Source: Adineta vaga
Lineage: Eukaryota; Animalia; Rotifera
DNA: 64,000 nucleotides
Reading direction: 5' to 3'
Assembly: GCA_021613535.1 (NCBI GenBank)
Contig: CP075496.1
Coordinates: forward strand, 3,968,001 to 4,032,000
Below the pieces are notes generated by a model. It had not been told where the DNA came from, did not search any database, and saw only the letters and a program-made list of their open reading frames with translations. The position numbers were made by a program, and so were the translations under genes. Of the stretch, positions 50,708-64,000 are shown piece by piece (position 1 is the stretch's first letter; the number at the start of each line of letters is the position of its first letter).

Positions 50708-51848
50708 TTAACCATGTTTTTTTCCATCAACAGGCATGAGAATTCGTAAACAACCTCGAACCATTTTTGAAAACCAAATTAAATTAATGAGATCAAGAAC
50801 AATACAAACATAGATAAGAACATAACGAAAATGACCCATGTGTGACCATAAGGGTGTAATAGCAACGGTATAAACTTTCCACCAATAGATTGGCATTGCA
50901 ACAATTCGAACAAAAAAGAAAACCAAAGTCATTAAAAGACCATTCAAGACAAATGGCTTCGATGTTTTTGAAAATTTCAATGTATCAAGAAACCATCTAA
51001 AGCAAATAAGTATATAAACTAACCGAAAGAGAAGTTATATCATGTTTACCTGATATTTACTAATGGAGTTGATAATTCAGCTAATAGTCGAAAATTTGCA
51101 AAATACGGCATAACATTCAATGTTAAAACATAAGCAAAAGCGTACATAGAAACCAGATGATGAGCTAATGTGAATGAATCACCAATTTTGGTATAGTGTC
51201 TTATAATAATCACCGTGTCTAAAAAAAGAATTTCGAATTGTCGAACAAGAATAGATTGTACAATCAAAATTAATTAAAATTTATAATTGCACACAATTTT
51301 TTCAATGAACATTCGAAAGCCCTCTTCAAGTATTAGAGTAATTTCCTTTTTTTTCCTCAAAAGAAATGAAATATTTACCGCTTAATAAATATCCAATCAC
51401 AAACGATAAATTTGTTTTTAATAAATAACTTTTATATCTATAAAATAAGAAACCATATGAAAAGAAAAACTAAGTAATTTCAATTATTTTTCTCTTACAA
51501 AAGCGGATTAGCAGCTAATCCACGATCAGCAATCATCATATAAACACAAATAATTCCCACTGCCAATGAATTAATCGATGAATTAATCCTGAAAAAACTA
51601 ATATTTTTGTTTCCTTCTTCATTGATATCAATCCATTACCTTGTACTCCAATCAATTTTTTGTGCATCTGTTAACGTTTGATACTTATTCACAAGAATTT
51701 TGGATAAAAATGGATTGATAAATTTATAAAGTACGAGAAAGAATGTAAAACTTGTGGCAACAACAGGTAGAAAAGTTGCATCAAATTTAACATTTACAAT
51801 CCGTTCTAAATCAGCTGAAGATATTTCTGCTTTTGTATCATTCATCAT
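50708..51848 (-). CDS. TLCD4: TLC-domain membrane protein, TMEM56/TLCD4-like
   Basis: QKIDWSTRINSSI, VIGYLLSDT, AHHLV, NFRLLAELSTPLVNIRWF, FFFVRI, LDLINLIWFSKM. Confidence 0.85.
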
Positions 51849-52414
51849 TTGTTATTCACATTCATTTCATAACGTTCTGAAAAAAAAAGAGTAATAATAA
51901 TAATAATAATGTTAAACGAAGATTGATTTATTAAAAAAAACTGTGTTTTCCCTCGTTCTTTAATCTAAAATAAACAACAACTTTAACCTAATAATAATAT
52001 CTTCATGTGTTAATTTGATTCGTAAAAGAATCCTTCCAATGATTATGAAACAGAGGTCGTTTATATTTTAACTCAATAAATCTTGTATTTTTCAAGAGAA
52101 ATTTTTCTATCTGGTTCATTTTATTTTATTACACACACACTAAAAAAAACGTAGAAGATGATGAACAAGTAAACAGACTTCAAGTATAGAAATAAAATAG
52201 TTTCTCTTGTTTCCTGAGAGACATCATTTTCACACACATGCACACATATACATATATTAATGTGTTGAGTTCATTCAAATAAATAAAGAAAGGCAAAGAA
52301 GATGTAAGAATATACACAAAAAAAGAGAAGATGGACAATGAATTAAAAAGAGAAATTTTCATTAATCTGATCAATGTTCCGTTCAAAAGAAGAAGAATCT
52401 GACAGACAAATATT

Positions 52415-55400
52415 TCAAGATCGCATTGAAGGCGTTGGTTCATAATCAAGCATTTGATCAAGTTCTCGATTAAGATCAGAGAGCATTGTATCAATATCAG
52501 ACAAAACATTCGTTGTATCATTTCTAAGAAACAAATATAAACATATTGAAAATATTGAATATGAATTTCATCTTACTTGACTAATTTATTTTGTTGATCT
52601 TTTTTGATTATTTCAATATACTGTAGACGTTTTTCTCCAGTTAAAGTTGATGCTTTTCGTATCTGTTTATTTGGTGAATTGACATTTGTGGAAATAAATC
52701 GATCATTATTATCATAGATAGCTGTTGTCATAGGATACGATGGTTTTAAGAGATGAGAATTTGATTGTTCAAAAAATTGAATTGGTAATGACCGTTTCAT
52801 GGGATCAAAAGATGTATTATATAGATTATTATTTTGATTGTGTGGTGAACGTTGTTTAATTGTTCCGACATTTTCATTCGCAAATGGAATATTATTCGTT
52901 GATTCTGTACTTGAAGAAAGATTAGCATCACCTGATGATTGAAGATTTGTTGGTTTTATTGAACGTGGAATACTTCGAGAAGAATTTCCATTGATAATTG
53001 ATGAATTGACATCAGATTGCACTGATGTCGATGGAAGATTTTTTTCATTAGAATTTATGTTTTCTAAACTACGTGTTCGTGATGATGAGAGAGAATCATG
53101 AGTTGATGACGAAGAATTGTGAGTCATAGTATTTATTGTCGATGATAATGGTGGTGGTAAACGAAATGATGATGTACCCATTGGACTAACATTTGAGGTT
53201 AGTTTTGATTTATTGAATGATGTTTTTGGTGATATAGGAGGTTTTCGAAGTGTAGCATAATTCGATGAATCACCATTGGAAGTTATTCGTGTAGGTGAAA
53301 GTGGTGGTACTTGAACTGATGGCCTACAAATAGAAAGAATATTAGCTAAGAACATAGAGAGATTTATTTCATTTTACTTTCGAATGGATAATTGTGGAGG
53401 TTGTATACTATTGTTTTCTAAAGAATTACAACGTTCAAGTGTCGATTTTGTTTGTCGTATTGGAACAGCCGGTCGACGATCATTATTTATGACTGAAGAT
53501 TGTCTTGATGGTGTAGATGGTGGTGGTAAACGATGATGATTGGGTGATGAAACAACTGTTGGAGATTGTATTGGTGAATTTTGATTAGCATGAAAGAGAC
53601 CTTTTTTCATATCTTTCAAACGTTTAACACCGAGCATAAAACGTTTTTGATGACCTATAAAATGAAATTCAAGTTTGTTTGTTTTTTTTTCATATGAAAA
53701 CAGATCAATTGGAATGAAACGTTCAACACAGACTCTAAACAACCTTGATTATGTCTACTGAAAATATGAATTCTACTGAGAATATTCATAGATAATTAAG
53801 GCTTCTCTGATGCATAACCTATTTATCAAAAACAATTAATCAATCAAAGAAATATTCTCATGTCAACGATTCAATTGACAAGTGTCAAATCATATTAGAT
53901 TACATTCTCTAGTTAATGATTCATAAAAAAGAATCTTCGCTAAATTTCCTTACCTAAACGAGTAATACCAATATCTTCTAGATCTTCCCAAGCAATATCC
54001 ATAATATCTGATAATTGCTTATAATTTTGTTCATTTAATAAAGGTAAATAGGGACTTAAACGAATGAAACATAACCAATCATAAAGTGTATCGGGTTTAA
54101 AATCTGGTAAACCATCGGGTAAATGTAAACGAGCAATTTCATTCTTCAGTTTTCGTCGATGTGATGGATGTGTTATACCAATAGCTGTTAAATCCTACAT
54201 AAGAAGAAATAAAAAATTACAATTAAATCAATATTTATTAAAAGAATAAAAAAAGAATTTACTTCAGGTGTCATTCGAACAATCGTTTGTATATCATAAC
54301 CATTAGATAAGAAATTTTCAGCATAATCTTCATATGAAAATTCACGTAACCAAGATAAGACAATTTCATTTTCAGGGACACCATTACGTAATAATGTGTT
54401 AATATTTGTACTTATATTCAATGTATTTGATTCGTCTAAACGATCAAGACTACTATTTGAACTTCGATAACTTGTTTTATCTTGATCTGAAGATTTTGAT
54501 TCACTACTACAAATTGAACGAGCATCACCAACTGTTGTTTGATTTGTTGATGATAATGGACTAACTGTTGTTGAAACACCCATAAAACTTGATAATGCTA
54601 ATGTCTAAAATAATCGAATACACATTATTTCTTTTTCTTTTCAATAAAGAGTATGTCTTACTTTTGGACTATCGTATAGAGCTGTCGAGCTTCTACCACT
54701 ATCGATACTACTTGCTGCACTATGACGATAACTATTACTTGTTGGACTATCACGTCTTGAACGAGAACTCCAACTTGATGTTGTTATCAAACCTGAATCA
54801 GCTTGTGATACACGAGATATTGAATCACTATCAACAGGAGATAAATCTCCATTATGTGCTTGTGTTCGATGAACATCATCGGATGTTGTATGACGTATCT
54901 CTTTTCCATTAATTACTAGAAAATAACAAGAAAGACATATAAGTTTCTTATATGATTGACAGCAATAGAAATAATGAAAACACACAACTAGGACGATGAT
55001 GTCTTAAAACAACGTTGTTGCCGGTGAGTGACGTTGAAGCTGTCAATAATCGACTATGGTTATTGATATTGACAGGCGAAAGATGAGTTTTTCGAAAAGT
55101 GGACAAACCTTGACAATAAACATACATACAAACATGCAATCATGCAACAATAACAAAATGATATTAAAAAGATCATAGAATAGATATATAATATATATAG
55201 TTATATCGTATCGAAATCACTCCCATTAAATGTTTAAATATGAACATATTCTTTAAATGAACTTTTCCTGTATTCATCAAAGAGAAAAACATCTCAAAAT
55301 TATCTTAATCAACTATTGTTTCTTTAAGATCTCTTATATATTTCTTAGCTTTTCTATGATCTTTCTAACAGGTTTGCATTTTCTTCACAGAAAACCATGA

Positions 55401-56411
55401 CAAATCTCACTAGTATTATTTGATTGAACATATGTACTCGGAAAATAACCCATTCGAGTAGTTAAATCTTCTTGAAGAATGAAACCACGCCATTGACCTG
55501 TTGGATTTCTTTCTAAGACCTAGAAATACAAACACACAAAAACATTAATGTTTTTCAATCATTCATCTTTCTTTTAAATCAATATCTTACTGTAATACAA
55601 TCTCCTTCAGAGAAATTCAATGCTCCAACATGATTATCCGTATATAAACGAACGGCACGAACTAATATCGCATCGGAAAATTCTAAAAATGTCATTTTAC
55701 GCATATAAATATATATATATATTTACATATAAATTTTCTTTTCATACCTTTGATCAGTCGTTTAATATCATTTCCACTTTTTTGTTTAATAACAACTTCA
55801 TATGCTGTTTGTTCATATGAATTACAAAGATTTACATCAATTCCACATTCCAATAATAATTTTGCTGTGTCATAACGTCCATTTCTACAAGCCACATGTA
55901 ATGCTGTTCCATCATTAGTTGTTAAACGATTAATATCCATTCCGTTTAATAATAATAAACGTACAATATCTGTATGTCCATTTTTAGCTGCTAAATGTAA
56001 GGAAGAATTTTGTTCAGAATTATTTAATATCATTCTTTGACATAATGGATTTTGTACGAGTGAATTAACAACATCAAAACGTCCGTTTTCACAAGCTAAA
56101 TCTAAGGGTGTCAACAAACGACGATTAACTATAGTTGAATCAGATTGATGAAATAAAAGTAATTGTACTATCTCATTATGACCATATTGACTGGCTAAAT
56201 GTAATGGTGTATCACCACTGATTGACTGTTCATTAACATTTGCACCACGACGTAAAAGAATAAAAACAGGTTCAGTTCGACCTTGCCATGCTGCATAATG
56301 TAATGGACGTAAACCTTTGTTATCTTTTAAATTTATATTGGCACCATTATCAATGAGCAGCTTGAGAATTTCCACATTACCCGCCACGGCTGCTTCGTGG
56401 ATCGAGCTCAT
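52415..56411 (-). CDS. CASKIN: Caskin (ankyrin repeats, SH3, tandem SAM, C-terminal caskin motif)
   Basis: GLRPLHYAAWQG ankyrin repeats; SH3 (GQWRG...GYFP); SAM1 ([29 protein letters not shown]); SAM2 (WEDLEDIGITRLGHQKRFMLG); tail VLSDIDTMLSDLNRELDQML. Confidence 0.92.
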
Positions 56412-58838
56412 TCTAAGAAAAGAAAAGAAAAACGATAAAATCAAACCTTGAATTGTAATTATTGAGATTGACCACAATGAAAACAAATAGTCATATACAC
56501 TTTGCTAGCTGTGATCGTTTTTTCTTTTTCTTCTTCTTCTTCTTTTAGATTGTTATGTAGACGAGAAAGCGGATGTAATTACACAGCTATCCTTTTTTTA
56601 GCTCTAGCAATAGATGCATGCACGTATCTATACTCAAGATTACGTAAACTTTTGACACTACATAGTACAACAGCGAAGATTGCGTGTTGAGAAAAAGAAG
56701 AAGAAGAAAGATGTTGATAGGAGAAATAGAACGATGAGCGGATGAACGAGATGATCAATTGGATCAATTCTTCTATACATATATACATATATCGATGTAT
56801 ATGTTCAGAAGAAAGAAAAGAAATATCACGCCAGTAGTGCATGAAAAGACTAATGTGAACATTCTGATGATCTCATGGAAAATCTCTCTCGAGACAACAT
56901 GATCATCATCGTCATCATCATCATCATCGCCATCGTTTGTCGCCACTTGACCTCTTCCTTCCGTTTCCTTATGACAATCTCTATTCTTTTTTCTCATTCG
57001 GGAATCACACAATAGTTCATTCAAGGCAAACGAGTATTGACGTAAAAATAATCGTTAAAAATAACATCAAAAAAGTAAAAACTACATGATGATCGACATT
57101 CGGAAGTCACGCATGTTCTGCTTTTTGATCTAACGCCTTACACAGACTTCTGATTCATCATGATCAATTATAACGAAGAATGAGTCGTGCTGACTTTTCA
57201 TTTTCTATTCAGTCTTATCTATCTCTTTCTCTCCATATATTTGACCATATATGAAATAAAAAGAAAAAAAATGGATGAGCAGATGATGATCAATGTCCAA
57301 AACAATCATCAATGAAAATTAGCATTTATACAATGAATATCAACACGCGACATCGAAGTGTGAGAGACGAGAAGAAAAAAGAAGAAAAGAAAAAAACGCC
57401 TTTGACCTTATCTCCGTTTTCTTTCTTTTTTTCAATCGTGTGATGATAGACTTATCCTAACAAGGTCTTTCACGGAAATGAATGTTCAAAAGAACTAATT
57501 ATTCAAGTGATGATAAGAGAGTGTGAACAGAAACAAGGATAGAATAGTTCTATCTAACGTGTTAATTAAAATTGATTATTTTATTTTTCTCTTTAATTAT
57601 TTCAATTTCATAGAAGCAGATGAACTAGTAGACGACGATAGCGGCAGTTCTATGTCTTCCAATCATGTACAACAAACGACGACCTTTTTGCTTAGAGGTT
57701 GTTAATACTACTAGTAACAGCTTGTTTTCTTTCTCTTTTGCTTTTCAAAGCAAGCAAGAATATGTTCGATCGAACGGTTAATCTCTTGACCGTCGTAACG
57801 ATATATCAATAAATTTATTGTTCACTTTGATTTTTTTTCTCGAGTTTAACAGAAATAAAAAATATATATTCTCAATATAAACTATCAGAAATTGTCTTTC
57901 CTTAAGACAGAAAAAAAAACATATGTAATCAGTAGCAGTAAAGCGTGTAAATGAGAAACAAACGATCGAACTGATAATGATGATTATCTAATGTTTTCTA
58001 CAACAAATATCAACTTATTATCTTGCTTTTAGTCACAACAATGACGAACAATCTAAAGATTCTTTTCACTTACCCATTATCATCTTGAAAATTGAGATTA
58101 ATCTTTTTTGGTGAAACAATATCTGAATAAAATCGTTTCGTTTTTTTACTAAATTTAATCAAAGTTAGATTACTTACTTGTTTTTCCTGAACGACATTTC
58201 GATAAAATTCGTTGTAGTGAAGATATATTAGATGATTTCACCGCATCTAATAATTCATTTTCACGTTTCATACTCTTAATTGATCTATCCATAAATACGT
58301 TCAGATTTATCACGCATATTTAGAAGCAGTTGAATGAATGTAAAAAGTTGAGAGAAGAAGAAGAAGAAGAAAAATGAAGAGATAGACAGTTGAGAGTACG
58401 CCAATTCACCAAGTGTCAATCAAAAAAAAGAAAAGAACAAATAAGGTGAATATGTTATAACACTCAAGAATAGAATATACACATGAGAGAGAGAGAGAGC
58501 AAAGAAATTTTCTAGTAGAACTTGATTCCTCTTTAGGGAACAGCGATTGAATGAACCTTACCAATCCACCATCTTTGTTCTTTGTTCGATATAAGATTTT
58601 TCTTGATGGTTCATTCTTCACCAATCGAATACTTCCTTTCAACCTCAATATTGATTTTAATCACACGCACATTGAAAAATAATAGAGGTCACTATTGAAG
58701 TTCACTTTACAATGATAAAAGAGAAAAAAAATGTTTCTCTTTCTTTTGTATTTCGTTTGCTCTCACTGGGAAATCTATGTTAAAATAGATTTGTTTTTCT
58801 CTTTTATCCATTGAATTAATTCATTGAGTTCCAGTGAT

Positions 58839-59918
58839 ATGGCATCGACAATAATGAAACAAGCATGTACAAAATGTGATAAATGTGGAGGTATTGCAAT
58901 GTGTAACGGTTGTCATCAGTCATTTTGCATTAAACATTTTACTGAGCATCGTCAAGAGCTATCTTTTCAAATTGATAATATTGGTCAAGAACATGATCTA
59001 TTACGACGAGATATGAATTGTAACAAATCTATTCAGTTATTATTAGAACGAATTAATCATTGGGAACAAAAATCTATTAAAACTATAGAAGAAAATGCGA
59101 GAAAAGCTCGAATCGATCTTCAACAATTGTTTGAACAAAATAAAACTGAAACGAAAAGATCAATGGATAGACTTACAGAAGAACTTCGAACATGTCATGA
59201 AGCAGATGATTTTACAGAAATTGATCTTAATAAATGGAAAGAACAAATAAAAGAACTTCGTCAAATGGTCGAAAATATATCGATTATTAATATTGATTAT
59301 GATCAGAATATGAGATCTGCTATTTCATTGATACGAGTAAATATTCCACAGCAACAGCAAGTATTATCTTTTGTTCCAAGAACACGACAGAAAGAATATA
59401 ATAATCGTATTTCTAATAAGTTGCCGACCTTTGACAATGAGCAGTTCATTGATATTCATGGTAATATTAATTTATCACTAAATGGTCTTACAGCATCTTG
59501 TTCCGATTGTCGTTGGGATGGTTCATACAGTAGTGGTGTTGGTCGTTATTCGACTGGAAAACATCATATTCGTTTTCATATCGAAAAGAAAAATAGTGTC
59601 TACCTTTTTTTCGGCATTCTCACCGCCTCAGAAGTACTAGTATCAAGAAGTACAGAATCAAAGTCTACATATGGTTGGTGGGAATTGGATTTTATTGTCA
59701 GTAATGGTAAAGCAGGAACGAGAGGTCAAAATAAAGTTATTAACACAGGTGATGACGTTACATTGATATTAGATTGTCATAATCAACGAATTCAATTCCA
59801 ACATCATCGAACAAATATGCTAGTGGACTTACCTGTTAATCTTGAACTATGTCCATTTCCATGGAAAATTATTGTAAGATTGGATTCCGAAGGTGATTCA
59901 GTAACAATTGTTCCATGA
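58839..59918 (+). CDS. B-box + coiled-coil + SPRY-like protein, copy 5
   Basis: CTKC...CNGCHQSFCIKH..EHRQEL; YSTGKH, FFGI, YGWW, GDDVTLILDC, HHRT, CPFPWKI. Confidence 0.82.
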   Translation: MASTIMKQACTKCDKCGGIAMCNGCHQSFCIKHFTEHRQELSFQIDNIGQEHDLLRRDMNCNKSIQLLLERINHWEQKSIKTIEENARKARIDLQQLFEQNKTETKRSMDRLTEELRTCHEADDFTEIDLNKWKEQIKELRQMVENISIINIDYDQNMRSAISLIRVNIPQQQQVLSFVPRTRQKEYNNRISNKLPTFDNEQFIDIHGNINLSLNGLTASCSDCRWDGSYSSGVGRYSTGKHHIRFHIEKKNSVYLFFGILTASEVLVSRSTESKSTYGWWELDFIVSNGKAGTRGQNKVINTGDDVTLILDCHNQRIQFQHHRTNMLVDLPVNLELCPFPWKIIVRLDSEGDSVTIVP

Positions 59919-60837
59919 AATCATAGTTCAAAAGAAATCTTTCTTCATGTTTGTCATCATGCCTTTAATGCTATTTAAAACTTGTAAAATATTCATTTGC
60001 TATTTCCCTTTGAAGTCATTTTGAAAATGCACGCAAAAATTAGTTCATCGCTTTCAATTTTAGTATTATTATATCATCATGGTCATGACAGAAGAATACT
60101 TCTATTATTAACTATTACATCATCTACACATAGTCGAAGAGCAAACGATAGATTAGACAATTATAAATGGAGTAAAACAAAACGATATGAATGATGATAG
60201 AGTATGTAAATAGACGATGAAATATCATTGATTATAGATTGCAATTATCAACAAATAGAGTTGCCATGTTCAAGTATAAATGAAGATGATCATTGAACTA
60301 TTAATTTTGACCGATCTTTCAGTTCTTATTGATGTATTACACTTGAACCAAAGAAAATCATTAATCTTCATCGAAGAATAATTTTGTAAAACGAGTGAAC
60401 CAGTCATTGGAAATCTTAGCAATGAAGCGAATGTGAGCAGATTTTCTCGCACGATTATCACCGATAGATAGCGTGAGTAAGAAAAAAAAAGATTGAATAT
60501 AGTGAACTATAAATCATCACTGGCATTCACATCTATGACAACAGTAAAACTTGATTTAGACTTCTCTTATTACGAATTTTCAAAATTGTCATGTTTCTAA
60601 AAATAAAAACATCTTCACTAATGATAATATTCAAATGAAACTATTGTATACAACTCATAGTGTATATTTGCACACATATTATTTTAATTTTATCTACATA
60701 TATAAAACAAACTATAAATTCAAGTATTGAAACTCACTAAAATGATATGTAGCCAAAGGGTAATTAAATATAAACAATAATTCTAAGTTGTATACTAATC
60801 ATACTTTAAGGAAAAAAAGAGAGTCAGTTCGTTTGGA

Positions 60838-61130
60838 TCAGAGTATATTGGTAGTAGCATGTCCAACTTGATCAACTACTTGTTCTTTAATTTTTTGTGC
60901 CATATCTGTACATAAATTTAAAATTACCATTGAATCATTCGTAGGTATTGTTTGATCTTCATGTGTATCGATTGCTTTTTTTATATAGTTCAATTCGAAT
61001 TTATCATAAACGGGTTTTTTCTCCATCAATGAATATTTCTTATCTTAAAAAAGAAACGTAGTATTTACATGTATAAAATCTACATCAATGAAAAGTTTTC
61101 TTCTTATACTATTTCTTGTACATATCATTC
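60838..61130 (-). other. Possible small spliced gene or gene remnant (faint Tctex-type dynein light chain resemblance)
   Basis: Exon-like ORF KYSLMEKKPVYDKF...LCTDMAQKIKEQV follows a good acceptor. Upstream exon-like pieces contain stops; similarity is weak. Confidence 0.22.
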
Positions 61131-61653
61131 ATCATGTTTCTCCTTATTATTCGTGCATAAATAAGATATCAGACACTTAACAAATGGAATCAACCGAAAA
61201 AAAAAGAATGAAAAGAAAACAATTTTTCTATACCTGATAAAATCTTTGCTATGTAACAAATATGATGAAATGTACGGAGAATGCTTTTATGTTGAATTTC
61301 GTGTGAGAAGAGCCATGTTCTGCCTTTGTTTCAAAAGTAAAAATAGAATTTATATAAAATAAACATTAATGGCTTTTGAAAAGAAATGATGCAAGCAGTA
61401 GTAATTGAAAAATGAAAAAAACATTTTCCGACTATGACTAACTTCGTTTTTTCGTTGTTTTAATCAATCATTTAAACAAAATGAATGGATTTAAAAATTG
61501 TTTCGACCAATATTATTCACTTTTATCTGATAGGTAAGTAAATATCTCTATATTTAAATAAATTCACGAACAACAATAAAACAATTTCATTTAGAAATAA
61601 CATGATCTGAATGAATTATCACATTATGCGAAGACAATGAAAAGAATAACTGA

Positions 61654-63192
61654 TTATTTCATAATCCATATGCCATTGGAATCTTTTTCATATGAATAAC
61701 ATTGAGTTTTTCGATTCCAATATCTATCAATATGTTTAAGTGATTGTTTTTTCTTATCCCGATCATCAAGAAACAATTTCAAACAAAGTTCACACATATA
61801 TTTCGGTATTTTGACATGTAATGCGTATTGTCTCCATTGAAAATATTCTAAATAAGCTGTTGTATTCTTATCCAAATAATCAATATAATCAGCAAGTTGA
61901 CGTGGTGAGGTGAAATTTCGTACATCAATGTAGCCTGTCGATGGAATATAATGATCATAACGTGCCAATCCAAGAACAACAGGTATGATTCGTGCACTTT
62001 CAAGTGCAAAAAAGAATTTTTCTGTTACATATTCATCACAAAGACTATTTTCGAAAGCTAAATAAAATTTATATGTTAAATAAGCATATTGTCGACAATC
62101 GGATAGATGTGGACATGTTTGACCACATTTACCATAAATATCAATAGGTACATAGTTTTTTAATTCATTAATATATTTTAAACGATTACTTGATCCACCA
62201 CAATTCGAAATAATAGCAACAAGAAGTTTTTTCGGTTGTTTTGTTTTAATGATCGATTGAAAATCATAATTAGGATAAATTTGATAATCAAATAACCAAA
62301 ATAAAGTTCGTAATGTTGTTCCAGTTATATCTGAATCAGGTCGATAGGTTTGAGTATAATTAAATAGATGACCATGTTCTTTGGAAGAAATTGTTGGTGA
62401 ATGTACAGGTGATTCTTTTATAAAGAAAACAAATCGTTGATGTGGTTGTCGAGATAAATTATTAAGTTTTTTAAAATTAATAGATTCACGAAGATGAATC
62501 AATGATGCATCACTTTGTGAAAAATATTGATGATCCGTTGTTATCCGACATGCATTGACAGATAGAGGACAATTATTTAAATTAAAATCATTTGAATAAA
62601 CTTCATCATAATTTTTATTATACCAATAATTATTACCGAAAAATTTTGTATAATAAAGAATTAATTTCGTTTGATTTGGCCATGGATGATTAATTGTTTG
62701 AATTGGTTGTTTTAATGATTGAAAAATAGAATAGAGAATGGAATTTGTTTGAATCTGTTGATTTAAAGTTTCAATCTGATCAATCCAAAATTGTCTTTTA
62801 TTAATCGTTATTTGTGTTTGATTATCGGAGAGAATTGTATAGAAAGGTATTGGTTGATTATATAAAAGTTTCATTGTTAATGGATAAAATATTGCTTGAG
62901 AATCATTGGGAATTCGATTGAGAATATCAAATAGATTTTGTTTATCTTTAGACGTTTGATTTGTGAATAAAAATAATACACATTCGGGACATTGCTTGAT
63001 ATATTCTAGGAAAAGATTTTTCGTTGGAGAAAGTTTTTTGATTGTCGACGAAAGGATAAGTTGATGAGTATAGACAGGCATTTTTATTGGTAAAAGCCCA
63101 CGTCCATTTCGATAAACATAATGTGATACAGATAGAAACCCAATGAATGCAAATAAATAAATAATATAAGATAAAAGTCGTTGAGAAATCAT
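61654..63192 (-). CDS. Alpha-1,3-fucosyltransferase (GT10), type II Golgi membrane protein, single-exon CDS
   Basis: N-terminal TM; QRFVFFIKESP, FNYTQTYRPDSDI, SNC...RLKYINEL, YKFYLAFENSLCDEYVTEKF, F.SP..LA.YI, Y.EYF.WR, CELC. Confidence 0.92.
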   Translation of the reverse strand: MISQRLLSYIIYLFAFIGFLSVSHYVYRNGRGLLPIKMPVYTHQLILSSTIKKLSPTKNLFLEYIKQCPECVLFLFTNQTSKDKQNLFDILNRIPNDSQAIFYPLTMKLLYNQPIPFYTILSDNQTQITINKRQFWIDQIETLNQQIQTNSILYSIFQSLKQPIQTINHPWPNQTKLILYYTKFFGNNYWYNKNYDEVYSNDFNLNNCPLSVNACRITTDHQYFSQSDASLIHLRESINFKKLNNLSRQPHQRFVFFIKESPVHSPTISSKEHGHLFNYTQTYRPDSDITGTTLRTLFWLFDYQIYPNYDFQSIIKTKQPKKLLVAIISNCGGSSNRLKYINELKNYVPIDIYGKCGQTCPHLSDCRQYAYLTYKFYLAFENSLCDEYVTEKFFFALESARIIPVVLGLARYDHYIPSTGYIDVRNFTSPRQLADYIDYLDKNTTAYLEYFQWRQYALHVKIPKYMCELCLKLFLDDRDKKKQSLKHIDRYWNRKTQCYSYEKDSNGIWIMK

Positions 63193-64000
63193 CTAAGAAA
63201 TATAATCAAACTTTTCATTCAATTTATTTCAGCAAGATTTCTTTTATTGACGTGTAAGAAGAAAAAACAATATTTGGCATCTCATTGTAATAAAATGAAT
63301 GTCGACTGGTAAAAAAAAGGTGTCTAAAAACAAATAAAAGAAGAAAGAAAATGTAGATTTTTATTTTTACAAGTAAACCCAGATTGAGAAATTCCATATT
63401 GAATCTGATAGAATATTGTCGGATCATCGGATTGATCGACCTGGGAAGGCCATCAAAAACACATCAGAGCAATAAGAAAAAGGACTGCCAATTAACTCAC
63501 TACTTTACGTTTTTGTACACAATATATTTTTGATTTTAGAGTAACTGTTATATATGAGCTAATTGCAAGTTTATTGTAACGTCGTATTTTTGAACATAAA
63601 ACTTTAATATCCCGAGTTCTGCTCAGCTAATCCTCCTGATTTTTTTACCGCATATTCTATTTAAGAACTCCTCACTACCATAAAAAAGCCACATAATTAT
63701 CTTGAATCAGTCCTGAGTTATTGGTCATACAAGGCTCAAATGAGCAGAGCATTACTCTAGTGCTTTTTGATTTTTCTTTTTTTCTTACTTTCTTCTTTCT
63801 CTCGATGTAGAAATCATTTTAACGAATGCTAATCGCATTGCATTCCATAGTCGAGTAAAGCTCGAATACCGTCTAGTTTATTACTTGTCATTTAAATTTT
63901 GACTATTAGTGATATTTGCAATACACATTCTATACTTTTCGGATATACAACTCATTAGTTCTTTCGACGTCTGTTTTATTTTACTTTTCTGGAAATAACA

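Noticed and set aside
21508-59918. About 18.5-kb periodic spacing of the three TRIM-like loci
   Set aside because: Only two intervals; the flanking genes are unrelated and orientation differs, so there is no evidence of a segmental repeat.
1-64000. Many 60-160 aa ORFs in the track that are antisense or off-frame to real exons (e.g. 5317, 20623, 35855, 37088, 45136)
   Set aside because: Shadow ORFs with no motifs, often starting at non-ATG codons.
1-64000. CRISPR arrays, rRNA/tRNA genes, transposase or reverse-transcriptase ORFs, telomeric repeats
   Set aside because: None detected by eye; only short (CT)n, (TA)n and (GTT)n microsatellites.

Overview
AT-rich (roughly 70% A+T by eye), gene-dense eukaryotic DNA with very short GT-AG introns (~45-70 nt). 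The gene content is metazoan: muscarinic receptor, cortactin, caskin, G-alpha, RNF19, NCOA6, EFCAB7, SELENOF. It is mixed with apparently foreign genes (a Trk/HKT K+ transporter, a bacterial-type ATP-grasp ligase) and a multicopy B-box/coiled-coil/SPRY-like family with mostly single-exon CDS. This combination is most consistent with a bdelloid rotifer (inference). About 27 genes could be reconstructed by hand; no rRNA, tRNA, CRISPR or recognisable transposon was seen. Most notable: (1) a cortactin in which the SH3 domain is replaced by a WASP/WAVE-like central-acidic tail, and which hosts a nested EF-hand gene in an intron; (2) five divergent RING-less TRIM-like genes at three loci; (3) candidate horizontally acquired Trk transporter and ATP-grasp peptide ligase; (4) a tandem pair of small LOTUS-domain genes, one with an in-frame TGA; (5) an apparent GT-CG intron in ADCK5; (6) an atypical Gi/o alpha subunit. 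Family assignments rest on recalled motifs, not database searches, and the exon models are manual.
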